Origin: Dimorphilus gyrociliatus
Taxonomy: Eukaryota; Animalia; Annelida
Assembly: GCA_904063045.1 (NCBI GenBank)
Contig: CAJFCJ010000065.1
Coordinates: 117,311 to 162,924, forward strand
Direction: 5' to 3'
DNA length: 45,614 nucleotides
Made by a program: the position numbers and the translations under genes. A model generated the notes under the pieces. That model was not told the DNA's origin. It made no database searches and saw only the letters and a program-made list of their open reading frames with translations. This document shows, piece after piece, positions 11,780 to 22,177 of the stretch. Position 1 is the stretch's first letter. Each line of letters starts with the position of its first letter.

Positions 11780-12135
11780 TGTTTTTTAGTTGGTTCTGAA
11801 ATTTACTTGCTTCTAAAAGTGCTATAAAATATATTATATCTATATGGGACAATCTTTTAACAAGATTTCTAAGTCTTGTACATTGCTCTGCATTCAAAGA
11901 GCAGCCAAAGACTTCAAGAACCCTTAATGTATATTTAATGATTTCTGAAATCCATCAAATATAGCATAAAATCCATTTGCCATATGTAAACTTGCTGATA
12001 AATTTATTTTTTCTATATGGGATCAAATTTTGAAGAGATTTCCAAGCGTTGTACTTTGCTTTTCATTTAAATGGCAGCAGAATAATTCAATAGATTTTAA
12101 TGTATTTGATGATCATATGATTTGCAAGTGTAAAG
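11780..12135 (-). pseudogene. RI-type/NLR-like LRR relic (two ~180 bp tandem units)
   Basis: Imperfect direct repeat on the plus strand (ctatatggga at ~11831 and ~12014). Minus translation SSNTLKSIELFCCHLNES...IEKINLS matches the LRR unit at 34902-35477. Frameshifted. Confidence 0.65.
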
Positions 12136-12139
12136 GTAA

Positions 12140-14070
12140 AAAAAGAAGATAAAATGTGTTGAATGCCAAAAATTTCTCCACCAAAGTGTTTCAAAGGTAG
12201 ATATCTTTATATTTAATAAGCTCTTTTTTAAAGATCCAACTCAGCAGATTTGCAATCTTTGAGAACCATACCCCAAAATGACATTGAAATGCTTATATTG
12301 CAATCATACATGTATAGGTAATTATTCAATTGATTTTAAGATATTTAATTTATTTCTTTAATTAAAGTAGAAATGACTGAAGGCTTGTGTGAATCTTGTA
12401 ATATGATTACCAAGAAAACATGTTTTGTTAGACTGAAGAGATTAGATAGAAATGTCAATTTAGATGCCACAAATAATGGTAATATTTCTGAAAATCAACA
12501 AGTGGAAGCTGATACAACTATTGCAAATAGTATGGATTACAATAATTTTATAGTGGACTCATTTGAAATGAATGAGGAAGAAAAAAGGAGATCCAAATGA
12601 AAAAATCACACTTCTTCTTGGAGGAAGCCAGAGAGGCAAGGACATTCTATCACATTGTGGATTTACTTTTAATATAAAGAAAAGAAGTGAGAATATGCTA
12701 ATTTGGAGATTCTCTGTCAGAAATAAAAAAACATTTTGTCCTGCAACAATCAAACAAAGAGGAAATATATTTGTCTCAAGTCATATAAATCATAACCATG
12801 AAAAAAGGAAGAGTTTAATATCAAGTATAAAGGCAAGGAGAGAACTTAGAAGTATTTGTAATAATGATATCAGGTCATCAGGCAGAAAAATTGCTGAAGA
12901 TATTTTATTAAAATGTTCAGCTGAGGGGAATAGTTTGCCAAATAGGGAAAATTTGAGGAGGTTAGCCAATATCACCAGACAGAAGAACTGACCTATAACA
13001 TCAAATGATCCTTTTTTTGAAATAAATATTGATTTTCTTCCTGACGATTTCCTGCAAAAAGATGTTTCATTTGGAAATCAGAGAATAATCATATTTGCTT
13101 CCAAGCAACAGTGTGACCTTTTATCCAAAAGCAAAGTTTGGTATCTGGATGGTACATTTAAGGTTGTCAAAGAACCATTTGTTCAACTTTTCTCCATCCA
13201 TTCTTTTATTAAAAAAGATGAAGAAACAAAGCAGATTCCTTTGGCATTTATTTTCATGACATTGAAGAAGAAAGCATAGAAACATGTATTAAGGGTAAGT
13301 TAATAAACATTTTATCTAACCTCTAAATTTCATCATATTCTTTAAAAAATTCAAACAATTACAAATTATGCCAAACTAAAAAAGTTCTTTGCTGATTATG
13401 AGTTAGGATTATGGACTGATTTATCATCTGTCTATCCAAATATACCAATTCAAGGATGTGTCTTCCATTGAACACAAGCAGTTTTCAGAAAAATCCAAGT
13501 AATATATCAGTGCAGTGACATTTTGGCCCAGGATATTTCGGCCCACTTTAGGACATTTTGCCCATTTTTGCCCACTTTTGGACATTTTTGCCCAGGACAA
13601 AAGAGAACTGAGTTTGGATGAATTATTGGATAGACTTGTACATTTAAATATTTTTTAACATTAGTTAACATTTCTTACTTTGCATTTTAGTTATTGAAAA
13701 GTATATTATATCATTCTTTTACTGTTTTGAAATTGTTTTCTTTTTTATTGAAAAAATTAACATAATCCATCATAAAATGGAAAGTTATATTCTTGAATAT
13801 TAATGCTCTAAAATGGGCCAAAATGTCTAAAGTGGGCCGAAATGTCCTGGCCCCTAACATATATTATTACATATTTTAATTATGTAATAATTTCATGTTT
13901 TTAGAATTTGGGATATGCAACTGAATATAAAACTAGTCTGGCGTATAAAAATATGATGAGAAATTTATTGGCTCTTCCTTTTCTTCCTTCTGAAGTAATA
14001 CCCCATATTTTTCCATCTTTAAAAGAAGCTTTTGAGAAAAATGTATATAAAGATTTGTATGAATATAGGA
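12140..14070 (+). mobile_element. Degenerate PHD-FLYWCH-MULE transposase pseudogene (relative of the intact element)
   Basis: FLYWCH-type GKDILSHCGFTF...WRFSVRNKKTFCPA...HNH. MULE motifs WYLDGTFKVVKEPFVQLFSIH, FADYELGLW, QGCVFH*, LLALPFLP. PHD remnant KCVECQKFLH/KC...GLCESC. Several stops and frameshifts, no TIRs seen. Confidence 0.85.
13525..13854. mobile_element. Non-autonomous MITE/foldback element nested in an intron of the degenerate MULE
   Basis: Left ggcccaggatatttcggcccactttaggacattttgccc matches the reverse complement of the right end (ggggccaggacatttcggcccactttagacattttggccc). Left end has tandem gacattttgccc subrepeats, and the core is AT-rich and non-coding. No clear TSD. Confidence 0.8.
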
Positions 14071-14540
14071 AAAATTTAGGTAGTATATATTTTATATACT
14101 TTTTCTTATTTCTTTTAAAAATGATAAAACTTGATGTTACAAAATGGGGACGAGTTTACCCGCTCCCTACCTATCACTTAGAAAAAGTTAACTATTCATT
14201 TTAAAACTCTCATCAAAGGTGATAAAGCCATTCTGAATTTTTTGCCATTATATAAATTAATAGGGTTTCTATTCCAATCTTCTAAACTGTCAGACTTGTA
14301 TGAGACTTTAAAACCCAAGATTTTGTTCACTAAGTTTGAAAATGCATCACAGAAAGTTTAAAAAAATTAGCTAATTTATAGGTACAATTATTTTTTCATT
14401 TGATTTATTAACTTTTGACCCTAGACAAGGGAGTTTATTTGAATATGGATAAACGTAATGTCTACATCATTATTATCATTATTATTGAATTTCAAGAATT
14501 TCAAATGATTGCAAATTCTGAAAAATTTTTCCCTTCAATT

Positions 14541-15680
14541 TCATTTTTTCACAGAATTACTGGTTTGAGTATTTGTTATTGACATAGGTTTACTACAACC
14601 AATCAATGTTAATAATTCACTCCTAAATGTTTCACCGCATGCGCAATAAAATATAAAATTGATCACGTGATTCAAGCTATTAATGATTAATATAAATTCA
14701 TAAATCACGAGTACGGTTTGAGATTGATAAAGGTGTGGTGCAAATTTTAAAAGATGAATATTAATGACAGAAACAGGAAATGTTGTAATGATGAATGTTG
14801 TTGATAATAGAAGAGTTAAGATAGTTAGTTTCTTTGTTGTTCTCTTAAGTTTATTATCTTTGGAGTTATTAGTTTTTTCTCCAAAATCGCCCATCTTTTT
14901 AGTATGAACTCTTAATTTATAAAGAATAAGAGTATTCAATATTCCCATACCAATTGATGGAAATAATGAATAAATCACATTGTGATTTACATAAAAGTAA
15001 TTCTCAAGAAAATCTCTGACATCTGGGTCATTTGGAGCACAATGAACTGCTGTTGGAGAATATCTAGTAGGTGTTTCTTTTGCAACCAATTTGACTAAAT
15101 CCATTCCAATTCCATAGAAAATTATACCTGCAACAACTATGTTACAAACTTTGAGTGTAGACCAAATTTTTGCCCTAGTAGGATACGCAATACACAAAAA
15201 TCTATCAAAAGTTACAGCTATAAGAGTTAAAGATGAAATTTGTGTGAAAGAAAAGTAAAGGAATCTAAAAAGTTTACAATCAATCCAAAGAGCAACTTTC
15301 TCATCAACAATTCTTATATTTAGAAAATATATACCTCTAATCACATTACCAACTATTATCAAGAGATCTGCAAATGTGACAATTAACATATACCTGAAAA
15401 AGGTAGTCTTCCATAGACTACCTTTTAGTATTGTAATTATTGATATCATATTAAATGGAATTCCAAAAATTATACCAACTGATATAAAAATAATTGGTGT
15501 TATTAGTACTGTAAACTTCTCCACAATAGATAAACTATCATTACTGCTGCTGCTACTGTTTCCAGTATCCAAATAAGCGGGATCTAATGTCACATTCATT
15601 TTCTTTGTCTTTTTTCTGGTACAACTATTTTGTATGTGCAATTGCTGAAGAACAGTATTTTCTTTTATAGTATTGAGCAT
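14541..15680 (-). CDS. Intronless class A (rhodopsin-family) GPCR, peptide-receptor-like, 379 aa
   Basis: Uninterrupted ORF with seven hydrophobic segments. TM1 GIPFN, TM2 LIVTFADLL, TM3 VTFDRF, TM6 FIITTFP, TM7 NHVINFIFYC..GETFR. Confidence 0.9.
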   Translation of the reverse strand: MLNTIKENTVLQQLHIQNSCTRKKTKKMNVTLDPAYLDTGNSSSSSNDSLSIVEKFTVLITPIIFISVGIIFGIPFNMISIITILKGSLWKTTFFRYMLIVTFADLLIIVGNVIRGIYFLNIRIVDEKVALWIDCKLFRFLYFSFTQISSLTLIAVTFDRFLCIAYPTRAKIWSTLKVCNIVVAGIIFYGIGMDLVKLVAKETPTRYSPTAVHCAPNDPDVRDFLENYFYVNHNVIYSLFPSIGMGILNTLILYKLRVHTKKMGDFGEKTNNSKDNKLKRTTKKLTILTLLLSTTFIITTFPVSVINIHLLKFAPHLYQSQTVLVIYEFILIINSLNHVINFIFYCACGETFRSELLTLIGCSKPMSITNTQTSNSVKK

Positions 15681-16064
15681 GAGGATGAAAATAAAGTCAT
15701 TAGAATAATTAATCAGACTAATTGAGGCTGTGAACTATTTATTTTATTGTGGTACATTTTCATTAAGTGAATATACTGGATATAACTAGATATAGCTGCA
15801 TCATTAAAAGTTGGGTGTATCTTGTTTAGAGATCAATTTGCCCCTGCTTACATTCTTTTGTGTATTTCTCCCCTATTACATTACATTACAGAATTATTTC
15901 ATACATTGGCCACATTCCCTTAGATCAGATGTTGCTGAACTATAACTCCCTTTTATTGTTATTGTGTATTGTTTAAGCTGATTTCTTGAAAGATTAATTC
16001 AATCAAATATATAAATCGATACTTTGAATCCATTCAATCGCTCAGTAAACAACAAAGGTGTAAG

Positions 16065-16969
16065 TCAGTGTACAGTGTTTGGTAATAGGTTTTTTTCCAT
16101 TTTAAAAGCTCCCTTTTAGAAAAGAAAGACTGATTAAATATATAAATTTTCTAACAAAAGAAATTACCTCATTTCCCCATAGAAACCATTTCTTAAAGAT
16201 AAATGCTTTTGTTGAAGAATATCCACATTTTTCATAAAATCTTCTAGCTCCATAATTAGAAAATACAACTAACAGAGATATTTTCTATTTAAAGAAGCAA
16301 ATTATTTAGAGAAATATTTTAAAAGATATTTAATAGAACCGTCAATACAAACATTGCAACTCTTTTGCATTGCCAATTCGTCTGCTTTTGACAAAAGAAT
16401 TTTTCCTACACCCAGACCTCTAGAATATTTATTTACAGCTAGAAAATCAACTGTAGCCTCTCCTGGCTCTTTAGTTGCTATATGATTATACATACCAATT
16501 GTAGCGAGAGTAATAATCATTGACTTCAATGGAAAATGTGTTATAGATTTAAAGAAATCTATTGTAAATGTTTTAGATTTTCTAGTTTTTTTAAATATTA
16601 ACATAATATTTAAAATATTTCATTTCGAAAAGGAAACTATACCAACCGTTTATAGAAACTTAATTCGCACATTCCTATTATTTCGTTGTCTACAGTAGCA
16701 ATTAAAACATTTTTCATTTTTTCTTCATTGCTTTTGTAAGAATCTGCAGTTATGACACGACTTAATTCAAATGATTTATTTTCATATGCAAATATCCATT
16801 GTTCATAAAATGCTTCATAGCACAAAGCATGAACTTTATTTATATCATCTTTAGTCATAAATCTAACATCAACATTCTTATTTTGAAGTTGTTGATAAGG
16901 TTTTAAACTGAAATTTTTATCAACATTAATATTGGCAACTTTAACAAAAAATTGGAAAAAAGAGACCAT
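16065..16969 (-). CDS. GNAT-family N-acetyltransferase, 4 exons
   Basis: Spliced frame: ...VLIATVDNEIIGMCEL... / ...VDFLAVNKYSRGLGVGKILLSKA (acetyl-CoA motif A) / KISLLVVFSNYGARRFYEKCGY (motif B) / GAFKMEKNLLPNTVH*. GT-AG introns with compatible phases. Confidence 0.85.
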
Positions 16970-17096
16970 GCTGTAAACAATTGAAAGGCAAAGTTCACTT
17001 TAACTCTTATCATTATCTAATCTAAATTATATTTATAATGTTGCCATATAGGCTAAATATTACTGTTATATAGACATGAAACCTTACATTAAAATA

Positions 17097-17975
17097 TTAG
17101 GTGCGATCTGTATATTGTAGATGCTTTGCTGTAATTTTAAAACGGGTTCACTAATAGTATTGATACTTTCCAAATATATTACTTAATCTGTTAGCTTTCA
17201 TTGTGAAAACTTTCACCTGGTTCTGTCAAGCCATTACAAAATTATTTTGGTGCAAGCAACTGCTAGTCATGCCTACACGTTCCGATCAACGAAAAATTAT
17301 TTCATTTTTAGTACACGAGAAGGCCTCTCCAAAGAACATTCACACACAGTTAAAAAGCTATTGTGGTGATGAAACTCTGAGTGAAGGTTCAGTAAGAAGG
17401 TGGGTTATTAATATAAAAAAGGGAAGAAAAAATTTCTGGGACCGCTCAGGCTTAATCCATGTTGAATTCATGGATTATGGTGAAACAGTCAACTCCATCC
17501 AGTATGTGGAGACCCTGAAGAGATTAAGAAAGAGACTGCATAGGATAAGGCCTGAAAAACAGATCATTTTACAACATGATAATGCCAGACCCCATACCAG
17601 TCTATACGCAATAGATTTTATGATGAATAAGGGATGATCTATATGTCCACATCCCCCATACAGCCCTGATTTGGCTCCATCTGACTATTACTTGTTTGGA
17701 CAACTAAAAGATCATATCAGGGGAGTTGACTATGATAATTTGATAATTTAGATGAGCTAAAAAAAGATATCAGGGAATTTCTGAGGAGAAAACCATCTTC
17801 CTTTTATCGGAACGGCATTGACTTACTACCATCCAAATGGCAGACATGTATAAACAATGGGGGGGGGGGACTATTAAAAACTCAAATAGTTAATTTTTAT
17901 AGAGTAGACTATAGGCTATGACATTAAACAAATATTATTCAAATTAGTTTACTATTAGAGCTAAAAATACAAAAC
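17097..17975 (+). mobile_element. Internally deleted mariner element (left end present, right TIR missing)
   Basis: Begins TA|TTAGGT at 17097. The subterminal region aligns to the 31838 copy. N-terminal MPTRSDQRKII...KKGRKNF is fused directly to WDRSGLIH, deleting about 430 bp including WVPHEL and the first catalytic D. Retains QHDNARPH and HPPYSPDLAPSDY. Confidence 0.9.
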
Positions 17976-19507
17976 GTAATTAAGCAAGTCCTGTTACTTA
18001 AATATTTCACATTTTTCATTTCAAGAACAACCCTGCCATAGATTTTTTGGGGGGACTGTATTTCAACATATAAAAAATGATCAATTTCATTTGGATATCT
18101 TTGAAGAAAATCAAGTGTTTAGCCTAGGACTTTTACAGCTGTGGAAATATGGAAAGTTAAACAGGAATTATACTGTGAAACAGTTATCTTTTCAATTTGA
18201 AATATACAATTTTTTTTGCCATAAATTAAATTATGATAACATTCATTCAGTTGGTTTTCAGTGTTTATTTCCCGTAAAGAAATATTTTGCAACATATTCC
18301 CTAAATAAAAAAGGAATATTTATTAAGTTAGTCATTTTCATTGAGTTCTTTTTTGTCATTTAAAAATACTTACTCTTTTCTTTTTTTCCAGAGTGTTATC
18401 ATCTGAAAATGACAAATCTGGATTGTGTTTGAAATGCTTCAAGAAAAAATCAAATTATTGCTAAAGTAAATTCTAGTCAAAAAAAATTACTATTTTATTT
18501 TGTTTTCTTTAGATATTTTTGCGTTAAAGTCGAATTTAAAGACAAGAAAAAAATATCTATTATTTTTGAGTAGTTTCGAAAAAATTTATCAAATTTTTTC
18601 AAATGATAAAGAAAATATTGAAATTTGTGATAAAGCCAACTTTTTTATTCAAAATATTAATAACATTGAAAAGAGAATTGAAAAGCGGAAATATTGTATT
18701 TTTAATAGAAATCTGAGCTGTTCAATTATTCAAATGAAGGCAAGAAATATTACATTTCCACAACAATATAAATGCATTTTCTCACAACTTAAAGGTTTGT
18801 CCATTTCATACTTTTCGCTACTTATTTTCGAATGATGTGAACATTATATGCTCAAAATTTGGATTTGAATCTGGAACTCTTCTTTCATACCACGATAAGT
18901 TTTTTTGGGAGAAAACAACTGTCAACTCTTTTGAGAGATTCTATTATTTTCTTACAATGAAATGTCCACAAAATGCAACTAATCTCAAAGAAGAATGCTC
19001 TCTGGAAGACGACCTGCATCAGAGGTTAGCCCTACCCATTCAAAGAATTCAATAAACCTATTGTATTAAACAAAATCTAGCTATTCAAGAAGTGGCATAT
19101 TTCAAATTGAATGTTCAAGCATTCTCAGTAATTTTCTATATAACACGTGACCTCTGTTATTTAAATAAACATTTATCCATAAAGATAACTGTACTGGAAA
19201 GGATGTTTTATCATTTCGAAATATTTGTTATAAATTCTTTAATTTTGATAATCCATTATCAAATTTGGAAATGTCTGCCTTTTGCCAGATATTCAATTAT
19301 ACTCTCATAGATTTTCAAACTCTCTCCTCTACTATTCATGTTTTAGCTTTAACAAGATTTTCTAATAGTATTTTGAAGAAATTCACTTCTTCCAATGATC
19401 TATTATCAGCCATTGAAAGTATGGTAACCAAATCATTTATTATATTTTTCTCTCTTCAATTTTGGTTTTTGTATTTTCTAGCTTTACACACCACAGTTGA
19501 TATTAAT

Positions 19508-22177
19508 GGCTTAGGGTCAGAACGCCCCTGGTCAGTACGCCCCAGGTCAGAACGCCCCAATTTTGGGTCAGAACGCCCCATTCTTGATTTCGAATGCCCC
19601 ACTCATGAGTCAGAACGCCCCACTGATTTTTGAAGAACATAATATTTTTTAATGCTGTACTTATTAAATTAAAAAAAGTCAATTGAATATAAAAATATAT
19701 ATGCATAATGTATTTTTTGTCTTAAAGTACAAAAGCTTAAACAAATATAATAAGTGATCACAAAAAAAGAAATAATTTTTCAAGCAATGTTCAAGTCAAT
19801 TAAACCCTTTAAGAGATTATCTAAACTTAATTCTCTTACTTCAAACTTCTTCCACAACTCAAAGATAATATCCTGCAAATCTTTATATTTATTCTTCTGA
19901 TTCTGTCTCATTTTATTTTCCACCAACATATCCTCATAAACTTCAATAAGGCTGCTTTCTCTATGAAGTTCAGTGATAAGAGTATAAAAGTTTTCATTGC
20001 TTTTCAAATTTTGATTGATTCTTGTGTGCCAAGACTCTACATGATTATTTGTACGAACTATTAATTTATAAACTGACCAATTTTCTGGTTTCCAAATATT
20101 GCTTTCAATGTAAGTAGATTCCATATACTCAAGAAGATCAGCATATAAATTCAGTTCCAAAAGTTCCTCTTTAATTTGATAAAACTTTTGTTTGATGAAT
20201 GATGCTGGTAAGTATGCTAGACACATTAGTTTTCTTAACACATTTCCTTTATAACCTTTCATTTTATAGTCCTTGATGTATCCTAATTTCTAAAAAGAAA
20301 ATTTGTATTTGTTAATTTCTTAATTTCACAAATTAAATCTGTAACAGAATTGTTATAATTACTTTAATTTACCTGTATGTTTTTAAGAATTGCTTGTTTA
20401 AAATGAAAAGCACATCCTTGTAGATCAGAATCAACAAAAGCATTTTTTAAAGATATCCAAAGAGCTTTTTCAAAATCAAGAACAAACTTTTTTGGGCTTT
20501 TTCCATCTATTAAGATTTTTAACTCCTTGTAAAGAAAAATATATCTTTAGAATTTTTACTCAAATATTTACTTTAGAAAGCCAACCTCAAATATCAATGA
20601 ATAATGTTTCTTCTTCTTTCCTGTCATGAGGACAAACATTAAAGGAACTTGTTTATATTCACCTTCTTTTCTTATAAATCCATGAATTGTAAACAATTGG
20701 TAAAAAGGTTTTCTCACAATTTTAAATGTGGCATCAATAAACCATATCTTACAATGTTTCAATAATTTAATTTGATGGTCAGTTGCAAACATCATGTTTC
20801 GGCTTTTCTTCCCTTTTATATCTTTTAAGAAAAAATTATCTGGAATTTCATTTAAATTTAATTCAAACATAATGTTTTCTGGGTGCTTTGGTCTGGCACC
20901 TTCTCTGTATCTATTAGCAGATCTTTTCATGACATCAATGCTTGGAATATGAGAAATATCCTTTCTGAACTTCAGACTGATATCTTCTGCAATTCTTTTA
21001 CCAGATTTGTCTTTATCAATAATTGCAGCTTCCTTTAAATTTAACCTTGCTTCAATAATTTTTCTCATATCATTTTTCTCTCTTTTGTGAATGTGATTAG
21101 AATTTTTCAAAATGAACTTTAAATCTTTTTGAATTACAGATGCAAGACATGGTGATTTTTTAGTTCTTTGACTACATTTCCAGGTAATGGTTGTTTCACT
21201 TGATCTTTTTACAGTATAAGTAAAATTATTGTGAAGAAGAATATCTTTTCCTTTTCTGCTCCCATTCTTAAATATTTCAAAATCATGTTTTAAATTATCA
21301 TTTAGACAAAGCTCTCTTGTATCATTAAAAGAAGATTCATTATTTATATCAATTCTTCTTACAACTGGACTATTTTCTGTAACAATTTTAGCAGGTTGAT
21401 GTTGATCTTCTCTTGAAATTCCATCATTATCAATATCAATATCTTTATCACAACTCTCCATTCCATTATTCCCTGGAGTACTTGAAACATCAGGGAAATT
21501 AGATTCAAAGTCAAAAGATAACCTCAGCTATAGTAAAACATTAAATAGTTTTTTTAACAGATATTTGTTAAATATTTTGTACCTGTTCGGAACTTGAACT
21601 TTCACTAACAGTTTCATTTCCAAATACTTTTGAACATGTTGGTGATTTTTTGTTTTCCAGCTTTTTTATTTTAACAATTAGCTTTTTGTTTTTTATATTA
21701 AAACAGTCTATACAATAATCTGCATCTGAGGAAATGGTTAAATAGAAAAGAAATATTAAAGAATAAAATCTTACTATTTGAACATTTAGCATGGTAAAAG
21801 TGCCTACATAATTTGCATCTAAACTTCTTTTGAGTCCAATGAAACTTCTTCATACATTTCCAACAAGTTTTTAAATTCATCCTCCTTTTTTCAGTGAGAC
21901 ATTAACAGCAAAAAAATTAATTATACTAAGATGAATTATATTTAAGCAACACAATTTCTGAGAATAAACTGATAAAAAAAAAACTGGTAAAAATATTTAT
22001 AATAACTGGTATATAAGAATATTTTTCTCTCAGCATTGTTTTCTATAATTCTCTAAAGAGAGTGGGGCGTTCTGACTCATGAGTGGGGCGTTCAAAATCA
22101 AGAATGGGGCGTTCTGACCCAAAATTGGGGCGTTCTGACCTGGGGCGTACTGACCTGGGGCGTTCTGACCCGACCCC
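19508..22177 (-). mobile_element. Intact autonomous Mutator-superfamily (MULE; Phantom/Rehavkus-like) DNA transposon, 2670 bp
   Basis: About 110 bp near-perfect TIRs built from repeated GGTCAGAACGCCCC units. GG...CC termini. Exact 9 bp TSD GATATTAAT at 19499-19507 and 22178-22186. Confidence 0.95.
19780..21880 (-). CDS. Spliced PHD-finger + FLYWCH + MULE DDE transposase (5 exons)
   Basis: Exons join in frame through GT-AG introns: CWKC...CKLCRHFYHAKC/NADYCIDC (PHD); GKDILLHNNFTY...WKCSQR...CLA...HIH (FLYWCH); WFIDATF (D1), FVLDFE (D2), GCAFHF, RTNNHVESWH (E). No stops found. Confidence 0.88.

Noticed and set aside
15935-15952. gaactataactccc resembling a ZNF143/SBS-type promoter motif upstream of the intronless GPCR
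   Set aside because: Partial match only, with no second half-site; likely by chance.
19265-19706. ORFs with SERP/WGVLT repeats
   Set aside because: These are translations of the MULE TIR tandem repeats, not protein repeats. They are also not a CRISPR array: there are no unique spacers and the repeats are inverted at the far end.
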